A stretch of DNA of 56,215 nucleotides from an uncultured Planctomycetia bacterium. GTDB taxonomy: Bacteria; Omnitrophota; Gorgyraeia; CAYWPX01. The stretch covers positions 1 to 56,215 of the forward strand of contig CAYWPX010000011.1 in assembly GCA_964460615.1 (NCBI GenBank), written 5' to 3'. Below the pieces are notes generated by a model. That model did not search any database, was not told the DNA's origin, and was given only the letters and a program-made list of their open reading frames with translations. Shown here in pieces: positions 19,302 through 29,193 of the stretch. The translations under genes and the position numbers were made by a program. How positions within the stretch are numbered: position 1 is the stretch's first letter; each line of letters starts with the position of its first letter.

Positions 19302-21773
19302 TTATTTTGTCCAGTCAATTTTGTATACGATTATCTTAGTATTTAAAACGGGGTTTTCGTTGTCAGAGAATAATTGAAAATGTTTAAACCCTATGCCGTT
19401 TAGATAATAAAGCCTATATAGAATCGATGAGAGGATACTTTCGGGAGCAATAATAGTGCTTGGGGGGCCAGAGGTTTTTTTTATAAATAATACAGAAAGC
19501 TTAATTATCGAATTCTGTAGACTTTTCTTAACCAGGTCGTTATTTTCAATATATATAATGCTTTGCACGGGGCCGGAAAGATTTTTATTAAAATTCGTTA
19601 AACGTGCTTCCATGGCGGGGAGGTTCAGCATTACCCCATTTCCAAAATACAGGATATCTTTTGTTCGTGTAGTTTCGTATGATTCTTCGCCTATATAGGT
19701 CATGCCTCCTGATATAGACCATATGTATGATATGTTATCCTTTGATCCCCTCCAGAATAAGTTTCCTTTTTTAAGTTCTTCCATTCTTTTAGCGTTCAAA
19801 GTTTTGGCTTTAACAAAATCCCAGTTTTTTATGTAATAAAGTCCTATGGTACTTTCTATAAGATCATTATATATAAAAATATAGGAAGGCGGAGGGGTGT
19901 CGTGCGTAAGTTTGAGTAGTTCATCAATTTTTGCTTCGTTCAAATATTCCGAAAGGGCATATCTTGCATCTATTTTATCGAGTGTGACCACTTTTTTTAT
20001 TATATCTACAGCTTTTTCAAGAGCAATGCCATTAGAAAGCAATAACTCAGTTGCTCGGTTTCCGCTATTATTTAGCATTCTAAATATACCAACAGACTCT
20101 TTTTCGTTATCAGCCAAGAAGGCGGTTGCCACCCAATAGGCCTGAGGGGTATTCATAGTGGCGCCGTCGAAGGTTACCCTTCTTTCGCCAATTGCTTTAA
20201 TAAAATGCCCAGGACACCACCAGGAGTTAATAATGCTATCCTTCGGAGTTTCGAGCCTTATCTTATCCAAGCTTTTTTCCCATACCTGATTGAATATAGG
20301 GTTTTGATTGGATGCGCTGACATGCCCGTAAACAAAAGGCGAAATAACGAGAAGCAGTAGAATCGGGTAAGCAAGGAATTTTGCATAACTATTCCTATTT
20401 TCGCTTAAACTGCTGAATACATTCTTTAGGAGTGCCAGGATCTTTGAGCAACCTATAGCCAGACATACCGAAGCAGGGACCAAGAAAAATATGGTAAATC
20501 GCTCTGCGCCTTTTGCCAGAGCGAATGTAATAATAAGATAGAATATAATGGTAACCTTGGTTTCATGGCTGTAATGTTTCTTCTTATCAAAAAATAAAAA
20601 CAGAGCCCCTATAAGAGCTATTATGATAAATACATATCCGCCAAGGATCTGAATTATCTTTGAAAGAGTCGGTATGTTCAATTCTCCTACGGTAACAAAT
20701 ATATCCGGCCATACATCTTTAGATAAAGATAGAAATGTAGAAGATATGCCGAATTGGTCTAGGATAACCCCCAGGAAACCTCTGGGGGTTAAAAATACAG
20801 AAGAAAATAGCGCTACAAAAATAATATATATAAAAAGTTTTTTGAGGGTTGATTTAACCGGGTTTTTCGAAAAAATATCCTTCACTATGAATAATACAAA
20901 CAAAAGGATAATCGATGCGGGCAAAAAAATCCAACCTTGCCAGAATAATGAGTACAAGCTCGAAATAAATGATAAAAGAATAGTCCATTTGATGTTTGAA
21001 TTATTTTTTATCGCAATTATGCTAATGAAAATAGCCATGATAAAAAACATCACGTTATAAGGATCGGTATCAAACCATCCGAAAGTTGAGCGCTGGATAA
21101 AAATAGGGGCAAGGCCAAAGAAGATACATGAAACAAAAATAGAAAAAATATCTATCCTCAAATAAATACATACTGTTATAAAGAGAATAATAGAAAGAAC
21201 GAAGAATACGAGAGGCACTGTTGCCAGCGATATTAGAAGAGGAATTTTATTATCAAAGAATTTGAATATTTTGTATACAAAAAGACCTATGTACGGATGT
21301 ATTTCAATGTTTCTCCAGAAACCCATCGGGGCCATCATCATCATATCAAGGTATTTACCGTTTTTTCGTGTTTCTGACAGATTGCCTTTTTCAAGCAGCC
21401 TTTTTGTTAAATAGTAATAATGATATGGATCGGATTCCAATAGGTAGAACTTAAAAAGCGAATTATTGTTGCTTGAAGGGATCTTGGAAAGCATTTTATT
21501 TAGGTTGGCAGAGTCTTTATTTATTATTTCCTTGAATTTAGCGTCTATAAGTTCTCTTTTTTTGATTTCACTAAGCCCCGGTTTTGAGATATCTACAGAT
21601 TCTTTTAAGGATTTTCTTAGGTTTATATAAGCGGCCAGCCTCGTAGCATTTAAATTTTGATTACGAATATTATGGGTTACAGGGTAAAGGCGGAAGTATA
21701 TGCCAATAGTTATTACGATAAGGGTAACTAGTATAAGGCCAATTTTTGGGGTAAAAAGTATTTTTTTTGACAT
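19302..21773 (-). CDS. STT3/PglB/AglB-family oligosaccharyltransferase-like GT-C membrane protein
   Basis: ESDPYHYYY (compare STT3 FDPYFNYR). RSTFGWFDTDPYN (compare PglB R..GYYDTDM; DTD at nt 21063-21071). INSWWCPGHFIKAIGERRVTFDG (compare WWDYGY...DG; nt 20205-20222). About 13 TM segments plus a soluble C-terminal domain. Confidence 0.7.
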   Translation of the reverse strand: MSKKILFTPKIGLILVTLIVITIGIYFRLYPVTHNIRNQNLNATRLAAYINLRKSLKESVDISKPGLSEIKKRELIDAKFKEIINKDSANLNKMLSKIPSSNNNSLFKFYLLESDPYHYYYLTKRLLEKGNLSETRKNGKYLDMMMMAPMGFWRNIEIHPYIGLFVYKIFKFFDNKIPLLISLATVPLVFFVLSIILFITVCIYLRIDIFSIFVSCIFFGLAPIFIQRSTFGWFDTDPYNVMFFIMAIFISIIAIKNNSNIKWTILLSFISSLYSLFWQGWIFLPASIILLFVLFIVKDIFSKNPVKSTLKKLFIYIIFVALFSSVFLTPRGFLGVILDQFGISSTFLSLSKDVWPDIFVTVGELNIPTLSKIIQILGGYVFIIIALIGALFLFFDKKKHYSHETKVTIIFYLIITFALAKGAERFTIFFLVPASVCLAIGCSKILALLKNVFSSLSENRNSYAKFLAYPILLLLVISPFVYGHVSASNQNPIFNQVWEKSLDKIRLETPKDSIINSWWCPGHFIKAIGERRVTFDGATMNTPQAYWVATAFLADNEKESVGIFRMLNNSGNRATELLLSNGIALEKAVDIIKKVVTLDKIDARYALSEYLNEAKIDELLKLTHDTPPPSYIFIYNDLIESTIGLYYIKNWDFVKAKTLNAKRMEELKKGNLFWRGSKDNISYIWSISGGMTYIGEESYETTRTKDILYFGNGVMLNLPAMEARLTNFNKNLSGPVQSIIYIENNDLVKKSLQNSIIKLSVLFIKKTSGPPSTIIAPESILSSILYRLYYLNGIGFKHFQLFSDNENPVLNTKIIVYKIDWTK

Positions 21774-21785
21774 CTTGGTTTAAAA

Positions 21786-23054
21786 TCAGGGCTTAGGTTT
21801 GTTATGAGAATTCTTAAAGACTTCATTTTTTTCAAAGTTATCTACTACGTAGGAGACTAAATCTTCCACTTCCTTTGGCGGAATAGAATTAGGTTGGATG
21901 CCGTTCAGGTCTAGTTCGGTGCCATTAAATAAATATGAATTTCCTGTTATCATGGCTATCATTGAACCATCATCAAATTTGAAGGTGCTCTTTAAAAATG
22001 CCATTCCAGCCGTAGGTTCTTTGCCTATTATTATGGCTCTTTTGTAGGCTTTGAATGTTCCGGCTAGTATTTCAGATGCGCTTCCGCTTTTCTTATCTAC
22101 TAATATAACGATCGGCCCTCCATAGTGGACATCGGATTTTGGAGCCACTAATCCTGCTTCCGGAGCATCTTTTTTCTTGTAATAAAATAGCCTTGTATTG
22201 GGAGGCAAAAATATCCCTGAAAGTTCATGAACTGCCAATGGCGGCCCTCCAGGATTATCCCGTACATCCAGGATTAATAGCTTGATGCCGTTTTTTTCAA
22301 ATTTTGCGATGTATTCTTTAAGGTCATCCGATGTTTTTTTGTTGAAAGAACTTATTTTGAGGCAATATATATCTTTGGTGTTTGTGGGGATGTTTGAAAC
22401 GGTTTCGTTAAAATATTCAGCACATACAACTTCAACTAATTTAGATTTTTTCTCACCATGTTTTATTATATCCAGTTTTACTACTGTCTTAAGAGGGGGA
22501 TAGAGTAAATCTTTGATTTTCTTTTCGTCAAGAGTTTTTACATCAATAGAATTGATCTTAATTATCAGATCTTCGGGGCGGATATCTTTGGCGTAAGCAT
22601 CAGAACGTATTTCAACCTTACTTATTAAATAACCATCTTTAGTTAGATTGCCTTTTATCCCTATCCCTAATTCATAGCCGTATACTTTTTTTTCGTATTC
22701 AGCAGCTTCTTTAGGAGGGATAAAAGTTGTAAATTTGTCCTGCGGGTTTTTTAATCGGTTTACCAGAAGGCCGGCTCCTATATAGGCTATATTGTCTATC
22801 TTTTTATCTTTTTCGGTAAGCTTGCTCAGGACGGTTTCTTTGTATTTATCGATATATTCATCGTAGGCTTCCTTTGAAACAGGTTTGTAGTAATTCTTGT
22901 CCATAGTATCGTACACTTTAGCCAGAAAATCCAGATAAGGCTTATAGTAATCGGGTGTATTTTTTTTTGGCAAGATGCCGCCGGATATAGCGGCTTGAGA
23001 TAATAAAAGACTGAGGGCTAATATAATAATAAATAGAAGAAAGTTTTTATTCAT
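21786..23054 (-). CDS. S41 family C-terminal processing peptidase with PDZ domain
   Basis: ILDVRDNPGGPP and VDKKSGSASEILAG (catalytic Ser context). Signal peptide MNKNFLLFIIILALSLLLSQA. Confidence 0.8.
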   Translation of the reverse strand: MNKNFLLFIIILALSLLLSQAAISGGILPKKNTPDYYKPYLDFLAKVYDTMDKNYYKPVSKEAYDEYIDKYKETVLSKLTEKDKKIDNIAYIGAGLLVNRLKNPQDKFTTFIPPKEAAEYEKKVYGYELGIGIKGNLTKDGYLISKVEIRSDAYAKDIRPEDLIIKINSIDVKTLDEKKIKDLLYPPLKTVVKLDIIKHGEKKSKLVEVVCAEYFNETVSNIPTNTKDIYCLKISSFNKKTSDDLKEYIAKFEKNGIKLLILDVRDNPGGPPLAVHELSGIFLPPNTRLFYYKKKDAPEAGLVAPKSDVHYGGPIVILVDKKSGSASEILAGTFKAYKRAIIIGKEPTAGMAFLKSTFKFDDGSMIAMITGNSYLFNGTELDLNGIQPNSIPPKEVEDLVSYVVDNFEKNEVFKNSHNKPKP

Positions 23055-23094
23055 ATTCTAAAAGTATAGCATTCGCTTAATGCTTTAGCAATAT

Positions 23095-24852
23095 CTAATT
23101 TTTTATAAGATTGTAAAAGATAAGATATAGAAGAATCGATAAAATAATGAATTGGATCAATTTGTAAATAATAAAATTTCTTCTATCTTTCTCAATTTTA
23201 GATCTTTCAAAAGGTTCTTCCAGCTTGAGGAACATAACTATTGATTTGGCTACGCTGGCTTCGGAAGGGGTGGGATCGGAATTGTCCTTGAATTCTTTAA
23301 TAACTTCTGCAGGTGGTTCAAAAAACTTGATCTTAAATTTTTTAGCCGGGTTCTGAGTAATGTTTTTTTCTCCAAGCGGTTCATCATTCTCGGCCTTATG
23401 ATCCGGGTAAACTGTCTTGTCGCTTATCGGCTTATATTTTTCTTCAAATAGCTTTACTGATAAATCATTAGTAAAGATAGTTGGATCGTAAACAAGCCAG
23501 TTTTGGCCGCTTTTCAGGTAAAGCGCAGCGTGCAGTTTATCCAAAGTTAATGAATTTATTGGGTCTGTCTGGATAAGGAACCCAATCAGGAATACCGGCT
23601 TAATATCCAGGTATCTCAGATATATATAAGAAAATGTTGATAAAACATCGCAATCTGCAATAAGGATTTTATTATTTTTTATAGCTATTTTTAAAACACT
23701 ATTCCATGTCTGGCCTTCTGATAGCAGAACCTCCTGTATCCCTATCTGATATCCAAAATATGAGTTGATTATGGCCGATACAGTAGCCAGCTTGAATTGA
23801 TCAGATTTATTTTTAGCTGAATCAAGGAATCCATGGATCTCGTCAGGCATATCTTCATATTCTTTTTGAAGCCAATCATTATCTTTTTCTTTGGTAAGTT
23901 TAGCCGAAAAATCAACGTTGTTTACCGATCTTCTAAGTAAATATGAGAGTTTAAATGGTTCCAGATCCTCGGATGCCTCCAAAATCCCTTCATTATCTAT
24001 AAAAAACCTGCTATTGTTTATGGATTTTATATCAAGATAACTGTTCAATAAAAATGGCAGTTGTATTTTCTGATGCTTATAGAGTCCATTTACCGGCATA
24101 GTGATCTTTAGTGTGGATTTGTCATCGGAAGGGTAGAAACGCAATTTTGATTTGCCGGAATCAATAAACCTTCCATCAGCAAATTCATCGTAGAACCTTA
24201 TTACAAAAAAGTCCCCATAATCCGCCCCCTCTAATTCGGCAAAACTTAAAAAATGGTCATCAGGCTTGCCTGTTTTTTGAGGGGAGGCCTGGCTAGTGTC
24301 TAAATTTGAGAGATTTCTAAAGGAATTTGTAGCCGGTTTGAAATCGTTTTTAAATATTTCGGGGCCTATTTGGAGGTTTTTATTGTCGTCCTCCATTTTG
24401 ATAATATCTTGAGGAAGGTCTTTCGGGTTATCCTCGTTTGAACCTTCAAATGTATCGGTTCTGGGGGTTTCCCCGGCATCTATTTTGTCTGAGCCCCGGT
24501 TTGCTTCGTAATCTTTTATTATCTCTGAGCGCAAGGCTTCCTGAAGGGCAAGGCTTTTATTGTATTTTACTAGGGCTTCTTTTTTGCTGTCCAGTTTGTA
24601 TTTATCGAGAAGGTTTTTAATATTTTTATTGGATGAAAGCTGGATAATGGTCATGATGGCTAAAGAAAGAACAAGGACAAGAGAAATTAAAAGAAAAACC
24701 TTCTTAAATTTAGACGGTGGTTTTTTCTTTAAAACTATTGGTTGGATTTCCTGTTGAAGCCCGAAACGAATGCGGTTTATTCCTAAAAAAACAAAAAATA
24801 TTATAAAAAAAGTTGCTATTGAAATTAACAGTATAAAAACCAATATTTCCAT
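23095..24852 (-). CDS. Membrane protein with transglutaminase-like (Cys-His-Asp) core
   Basis: ILIADCDVLSTFSYIYLRYLDIKPVFLIGF ... LHAALYLKSGQNWLVYDPT fits the TGc core pattern (C...H...D). N-terminal and C-terminal TM segments. Confidence 0.5.
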   Translation of the reverse strand: MEILVFILLISIATFFIIFFVFLGINRIRFGLQQEIQPIVLKKKPPSKFKKVFLLISLVLVLSLAIMTIIQLSSNKNIKNLLDKYKLDSKKEALVKYNKSLALQEALRSEIIKDYEANRGSDKIDAGETPRTDTFEGSNEDNPKDLPQDIIKMEDDNKNLQIGPEIFKNDFKPATNSFRNLSNLDTSQASPQKTGKPDDHFLSFAELEGADYGDFFVIRFYDEFADGRFIDSGKSKLRFYPSDDKSTLKITMPVNGLYKHQKIQLPFLLNSYLDIKSINNSRFFIDNEGILEASEDLEPFKLSYLLRRSVNNVDFSAKLTKEKDNDWLQKEYEDMPDEIHGFLDSAKNKSDQFKLATVSAIINSYFGYQIGIQEVLLSEGQTWNSVLKIAIKNNKILIADCDVLSTFSYIYLRYLDIKPVFLIGFLIQTDPINSLTLDKLHAALYLKSGQNWLVYDPTIFTNDLSVKLFEEKYKPISDKTVYPDHKAENDEPLGEKNITQNPAKKFKIKFFEPPAEVIKEFKDNSDPTPSEASVAKSIVMFLKLEEPFERSKIEKDRRNFIIYKLIQFIILSILLYLIFYNLIKN

Positions 24853-24975
24853 AGGTTTTCCGGTATTTTATATTTTATTTGGGAAAATATAATTTACTCT
24901 GGTCCTGAAAAGGGTTATAATAATAAATAATGACATCGATTTAATTATATCATAATACAATACAAAAGTATAATT

Positions 24976-26172
24976 ATGGAAAGAAAAATCACCATTTTTG
25001 TTGCTGCCATTATCATATCTATCTTTCTTTGCATGGCGCATAGGTCTTATGGCTCTTCAGAAGAAGCCCAGTATAAGCTGAATGAAGAAGCGCTAAAGAT
25101 GATGAAGGCCGGGAATTTTGAAGGCGCAATAAATGCTTTAAAAGCAGCGTTAAGTTATAATCCTTCCAACAAAGTCATTTCGAAAAATCTTGCTGTGGCT
25201 TATAATAACTATGGATTTAGCCTTATGAAGAAGGGGTTAGTGAACCAAGGCATAGAAAAACTTGAAAATTCTCTTTATTATGACCCTGATAATCCATATA
25301 CGCTTTATAATATTGCACAGGCATATTATGGGGTTCAGAATATGACTAAGGCCAAGGAGTACCTGGATAGAGCGTATAAGATAAATAAAGATATAAAAGG
25401 GCTTTCAGGATTACTGGATAAAATTAATAAAGAATCTAAAGTCGAGGTAGGGTTTGAAAAGACAGACACAGCGCATTTTATTATTGCTGCTTCCGGTGAT
25501 ATAAATGTCTCCAGCCTTTCATATATAAGGACATATCTGGAGGAGGCTTATGGCAGGATAGGAATGTTTTTGGACTATTACCCGGCAAATAAGACTATAG
25601 CGGTCCTGTATTCTGAAGCGAATTATGAAGCGGCGCTTAAAGGTAAGCCGCACTGGACATTGGCAATATATGATGGAAAAGTGAGGATCCCTGTCAATAA
25701 ATTTAAATATACAAATGATGAGGTAATCAAAATTATATATCATGAATATGCCCATGCGCTTGTTTTTAGCGTGACAAAGGGGAACTGCCCTTTATGGCTT
25801 AATGAAGGAATAGCCAGTAAGGCAGAAGATTATGTAAAACCTATGGATAGGGATTTAATAAAAAAATATATGGATCGATTTGGGGTAATTGATGTTAGAA
25901 AAATCCCCAATGATCTGTCTAAGATAAAAAACGTTGAATTAGCCACGTCAATTTATATTGAGTCATATTTATTGGTCGATTATATAGTTGAAAGGTTTGG
26001 GAATAGCAGCCTGATACAGATCCTAAAATATCTGGGCAAAGGCTTAAATATAGGCTCTGCAATAAAAACAGTGCTTAAAAAAGATGCTGACCAATTTCAG
26101 AATGATTGGGAAGCCTACGTAAAAGAAAAATACGGTATAAGTGATATTAGAAAAGACAAAACAAATAACTAA
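24976..26172 (+). CDS. Secreted TPR protein with C-terminal MA-clan metallopeptidase-like domain
   Basis: TPR-like repeats in the N-terminal half. HEYAHAL (HExxH) followed by WLNEGIA, as in the peptidase_MA_2 type. Confidence 0.6.
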   Translation: MERKITIFVAAIIISIFLCMAHRSYGSSEEAQYKLNEEALKMMKAGNFEGAINALKAALSYNPSNKVISKNLAVAYNNYGFSLMKKGLVNQGIEKLENSLYYDPDNPYTLYNIAQAYYGVQNMTKAKEYLDRAYKINKDIKGLSGLLDKINKESKVEVGFEKTDTAHFIIAASGDINVSSLSYIRTYLEEAYGRIGMFLDYYPANKTIAVLYSEANYEAALKGKPHWTLAIYDGKVRIPVNKFKYTNDEVIKIIYHEYAHALVFSVTKGNCPLWLNEGIASKAEDYVKPMDRDLIKKYMDRFGVIDVRKIPNDLSKIKNVELATSIYIESYLLVDYIVERFGNSSLIQILKYLGKGLNIGSAIKTVLKKDADQFQNDWEAYVKEKYGISDIRKDKTNN

Positions 26173-26184
26173 AAAGCAAATTAT

Positions 26185-27174
26185 ATGAAAACCAAGATCT
26201 CTGTAATAGTACCTATTTACAACGATTCTATGTATGTAAAAGGGTGCCTCGATGCCTTAGTCAGTCAAACTGGGGCAAAGCTGGGAGAGGATTATGAAAT
26301 TATTGTTGTCGATGACGGATCTACCGATAAGACATTTGAGATTGTATCCGAATTTCCTGTGAAGATTATAAGATTCCCGCATAACACCGGAAAGGTAAAT
26401 GTAAGGAAAAAAGGCGCCGAGAGTGCCCGGTTTGATACTCTTCTTTTTATTGATGCAAGAATTCGTATTAGTGAGGATTGCCTTAAGAATTTTTGGGAAA
26501 TAGGATATACGCCTGTTATAGCTGCGGAGTATTTAAACATAGAAAAAGACAATTTAGATCCTGAGAAAAGGTTCTTTTATTTAGTAAGACGGGCATGGTT
26601 TTACCCTTATTATCCTTTTGAAAAGGGCAAAGAATTTAGTTATATAACAAGAGAAAATTTTTACAGATCTCCTAAAGGCGCAGGATGTCTTTTTATCGAT
26701 AAAAGTCTTTTTCTTGAGAGCCTGCCTATCAAATTTGACAAAAATACAAATGATGATACAGGAGTGTTTAAGAAAATTGTTTTTGATAAAGGGATAAATA
26801 TTATGAGATCCCGAAAACTTAAGATAACATATTTGCATCGCAGTGAATCAGCGGAACTTTTAGGCTGGGTAAGGAGAAGAGGAGTTACTTTTTTCGATTT
26901 TTATCTAAAGCACAATATTTTTTTGAATATTGTTGTTATGTTGCCATTATTTATAATAGTGTTGGCGCTTCTCGGGCTTTGCTATTGGCCGGTAAATATG
27001 TTTATAACTCTAGCTTTGCTTGTAGTTATTTATTGTTTAATATCCTGTCTAATGTCCGAGAGGCCGGCGGATGTCTTTATTCTAGTCCCGAGGCTATTTA
27101 ACTATACATTATCTTTTTATAAAGGGATTTTAGAAGGGTTATTTCTTAGTTTTAAATCCACTTATCTTAAATGA
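26185..27174 (+). CDS. Family 2 glycosyltransferase with C-terminal TM segments
   Basis: ISVIVPIYNDSMYVKGCLDAL..YEIIVVDDGSTDKT. Confidence 0.8.
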   Translation: MKTKISVIVPIYNDSMYVKGCLDALVSQTGAKLGEDYEIIVVDDGSTDKTFEIVSEFPVKIIRFPHNTGKVNVRKKGAESARFDTLLFIDARIRISEDCLKNFWEIGYTPVIAAEYLNIEKDNLDPEKRFFYLVRRAWFYPYYPFEKGKEFSYITRENFYRSPKGAGCLFIDKSLFLESLPIKFDKNTNDDTGVFKKIVFDKGINIMRSRKLKITYLHRSESAELLGWVRRRGVTFFDFYLKHNIFLNIVVMLPLFIIVLALLGLCYWPVNMFITLALLVVIYCLISCLMSERPADVFILVPRLFNYTLSFYKGILEGLFLSFKSTYLK

Positions 27175-28086
27175 TTTATTATTTAAGAATATGTAGATAG
27201 AGATCCCTCCCAATATAAAAGTCCAAAGAATAGTAATTATCCTGTCAACCGATGCCACAGCAGTTCCTGCAATAAATGTTGTCCCGAGCAATTTGGATAT
27301 AATGCCAGCTGTTATTTCCCTTATTCCCAGCCCGGACGGGGTAATGGGGATAAGCGCTGTAAGGGATGATAAAAGGGTAACAACAAGACATGAGAAAAAC
27401 GGAAGATCAAAAGAAGTGATCTTAAAGATTAAAAATAGCCTTACTCCCGAAAGGATCAATATCAAAACATTTATCAGAAATAACTTTATAAGTACTGAAT
27501 TTGATTTCTTAAGTTCATTTCTCAGTACCATGGCTGTTTGAATAAAATTGATTAATTTGTTCGGGTGGCTGGTCAACTTGATTTTGTTGGGGATCAAGAA
27601 GCCTGCAATTGAAAAAAAAGATATCATAATGAATATTACCAATAGAATTGAGTTAAAAATAGAATATTTAAGATATATTATTCCCATGCTTATTATCCCG
27701 AGCACCCCAAGAGCTAAAATAGATATGACATTCATGATCCCGATAAAGGAAGTGAATTTCGTAAATGAAAGGCTGTGTTTGTTCTTCAGATAGATAGCTT
27801 TAGACACAATCCCGCCGTATATCGGAAGGTAATTAATAAGCGATACGATACAGTCCAAGCCAAACCATTCATAAAAGGCCAGTTTAAGCGAAAAATAATC
27901 AAAATATATTTTAGTAAGAAGCCCTCTTAAATAAAAAGAAGATATTGTTAAAAGAGATAGGAGGGTTATGTTCAAAGCGGATATTTTTTCAAGAAAAAGA
28001 AAATCCTCGGGGTTTCTTTTTATATAGATACCCGCCAGAATAAAAATTATTATTAATATAACCCAAGAGATTATTTTTTTTATCAT
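27139..28086 (-). CDS. LPG-synthase-TM / flippase-like family integral membrane protein
   Basis: Polytopic. LIPITPSGLGIREITAG matches the family motif P..PGGlGv.E. Confidence 0.6.
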   Translation of the reverse strand: MIKKIISWVILIIIFILAGIYIKRNPEDFLFLEKISALNITLLSLLTISSFYLRGLLTKIYFDYFSLKLAFYEWFGLDCIVSLINYLPIYGGIVSKAIYLKNKHSLSFTKFTSFIGIMNVISILALGVLGIISMGIIYLKYSIFNSILLVIFIMISFFSIAGFLIPNKIKLTSHPNKLINFIQTAMVLRNELKKSNSVLIKLFLINVLILILSGVRLFLIFKITSFDLPFFSCLVVTLLSSLTALIPITPSGLGIREITAGIISKLLGTTFIAGTAVASVDRIITILWTFILGGISIYIFLNNKSFKISGFKTKK

Positions 28087-29183
28087 TTAATAATACTTTC
28101 TAAATTATCGACAATAATTTGAGAGGGGGATATGTCCCTGGCAATGCCCGGACGCCTGAGGTTTTTGTAATTTTTAAGGAAATTTTCTATTATGTTGTTA
28201 TCAAATCCTGAAAGCACAGCGTTATTTGTTAGACCTTCGTTTCTTTCTGTTTTTGACCTTGCAATAAGGCAGGGAACTCCGAGAAAGTAACTCTCTTCTT
28301 GGATACTTCCGCCGTCAGTCACTAAAAATTCTGAGTCATTAAGCAGCCTGACAAAATCATTGTAATCGACAAAATTAAACAACTTTACTCTTTTTATTTT
28401 GGATAATCTATCCATTAACTTCATACGTCTAAGACTTTTTTTTGTCGGCTGGTGCATTATAAAGGCTATATTATTGTTTTTGGAAATGGTTTCGGCAAGG
28501 CCCAATATTAATGTAAGCCTTTTTTTTGAATTTATGTTTTCGAATCTGTGTATTGACATGACAACGTATGGCCTTAGATATGAAGTTTCTAAGCCCTGTT
28601 TTTTATTTAGTATATAGTCTATTGAATCAAGCACTGTATTGGCCTTAACATTAAATATTTTTCCTTTAACCTTCATATTAATAAGATTTTTTTCTCCGTC
28701 TGTGGAAGGAGAAAAAAGATAATCAGATGCATACATAGTAATGATCCTTATCAGCTCTTCAGGGAATGGGTTAAAGATGTCAAAACTCCTTAGGCCGGCT
28801 TCCAAATGGCCTACCTTCAGGCCGCAGGATTTGGCTATCATCAAGCCCAACAGAGTGGAGAGGGTATCGCCGTGTATAAGGCATACTCCATTTTTGTCGT
28901 TATTAAATACAGACTGAAGGAGTTTTTTTCTTGAGAAAATAATCTTGCCAAATATGCTAAATATCCACATGAAAGCCCTAACGAGTGAGTTGATATTTGA
29001 AAATCCCGTATCCAGGGACACATCGGGGTCTTTTATGTTAAAAATTTTTCTTAAATTAGGAGTTATGTCTTTATGCTGGCAGGTATCAATAAGGCGGTAG
29101 GGGATAGATCTCTTATCAAGCTCTTTAATAACAGGAGCGACTTTTATGAATTGGGCCTTTGTGCCTATTAAAATATGGATCAT
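28083..29183 (-). CDS. UDP-N-acetylglucosamine 2-epimerase family enzyme
   Basis: ILIGTKAQFIKVAPVIKEL, HGDTLSTLLG, HLEAGLRSFD..PFPEE, TDGGSIQEE..GVPCL..R..TER. Confidence 0.8.
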   Translation of the reverse strand: MIHILIGTKAQFIKVAPVIKELDKRSIPYRLIDTCQHKDITPNLRKIFNIKDPDVSLDTGFSNINSLVRAFMWIFSIFGKIIFSRKKLLQSVFNNDKNGVCLIHGDTLSTLLGLMIAKSCGLKVGHLEAGLRSFDIFNPFPEELIRIITMYASDYLFSPSTDGEKNLINMKVKGKIFNVKANTVLDSIDYILNKKQGLETSYLRPYVVMSIHRFENINSKKRLTLILGLAETISKNNNIAFIMHQPTKKSLRRMKLMDRLSKIKRVKLFNFVDYNDFVRLLNDSEFLVTDGGSIQEESYFLGVPCLIARSKTERNEGLTNNAVLSGFDNNIIENFLKNYKNLRRPGIARDISPSQIIVDNLESIIK

Positions 29184-29193
29184 AGAGTAAAAA

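Noticed and set aside
19104-19346. 80-aa + strand ORF overlapping the end of the TPR gene
   Set aside because: It is an alternative frame of the TPR gene's low-complexity tail and runs into the convergent OST gene. There is no independent support.
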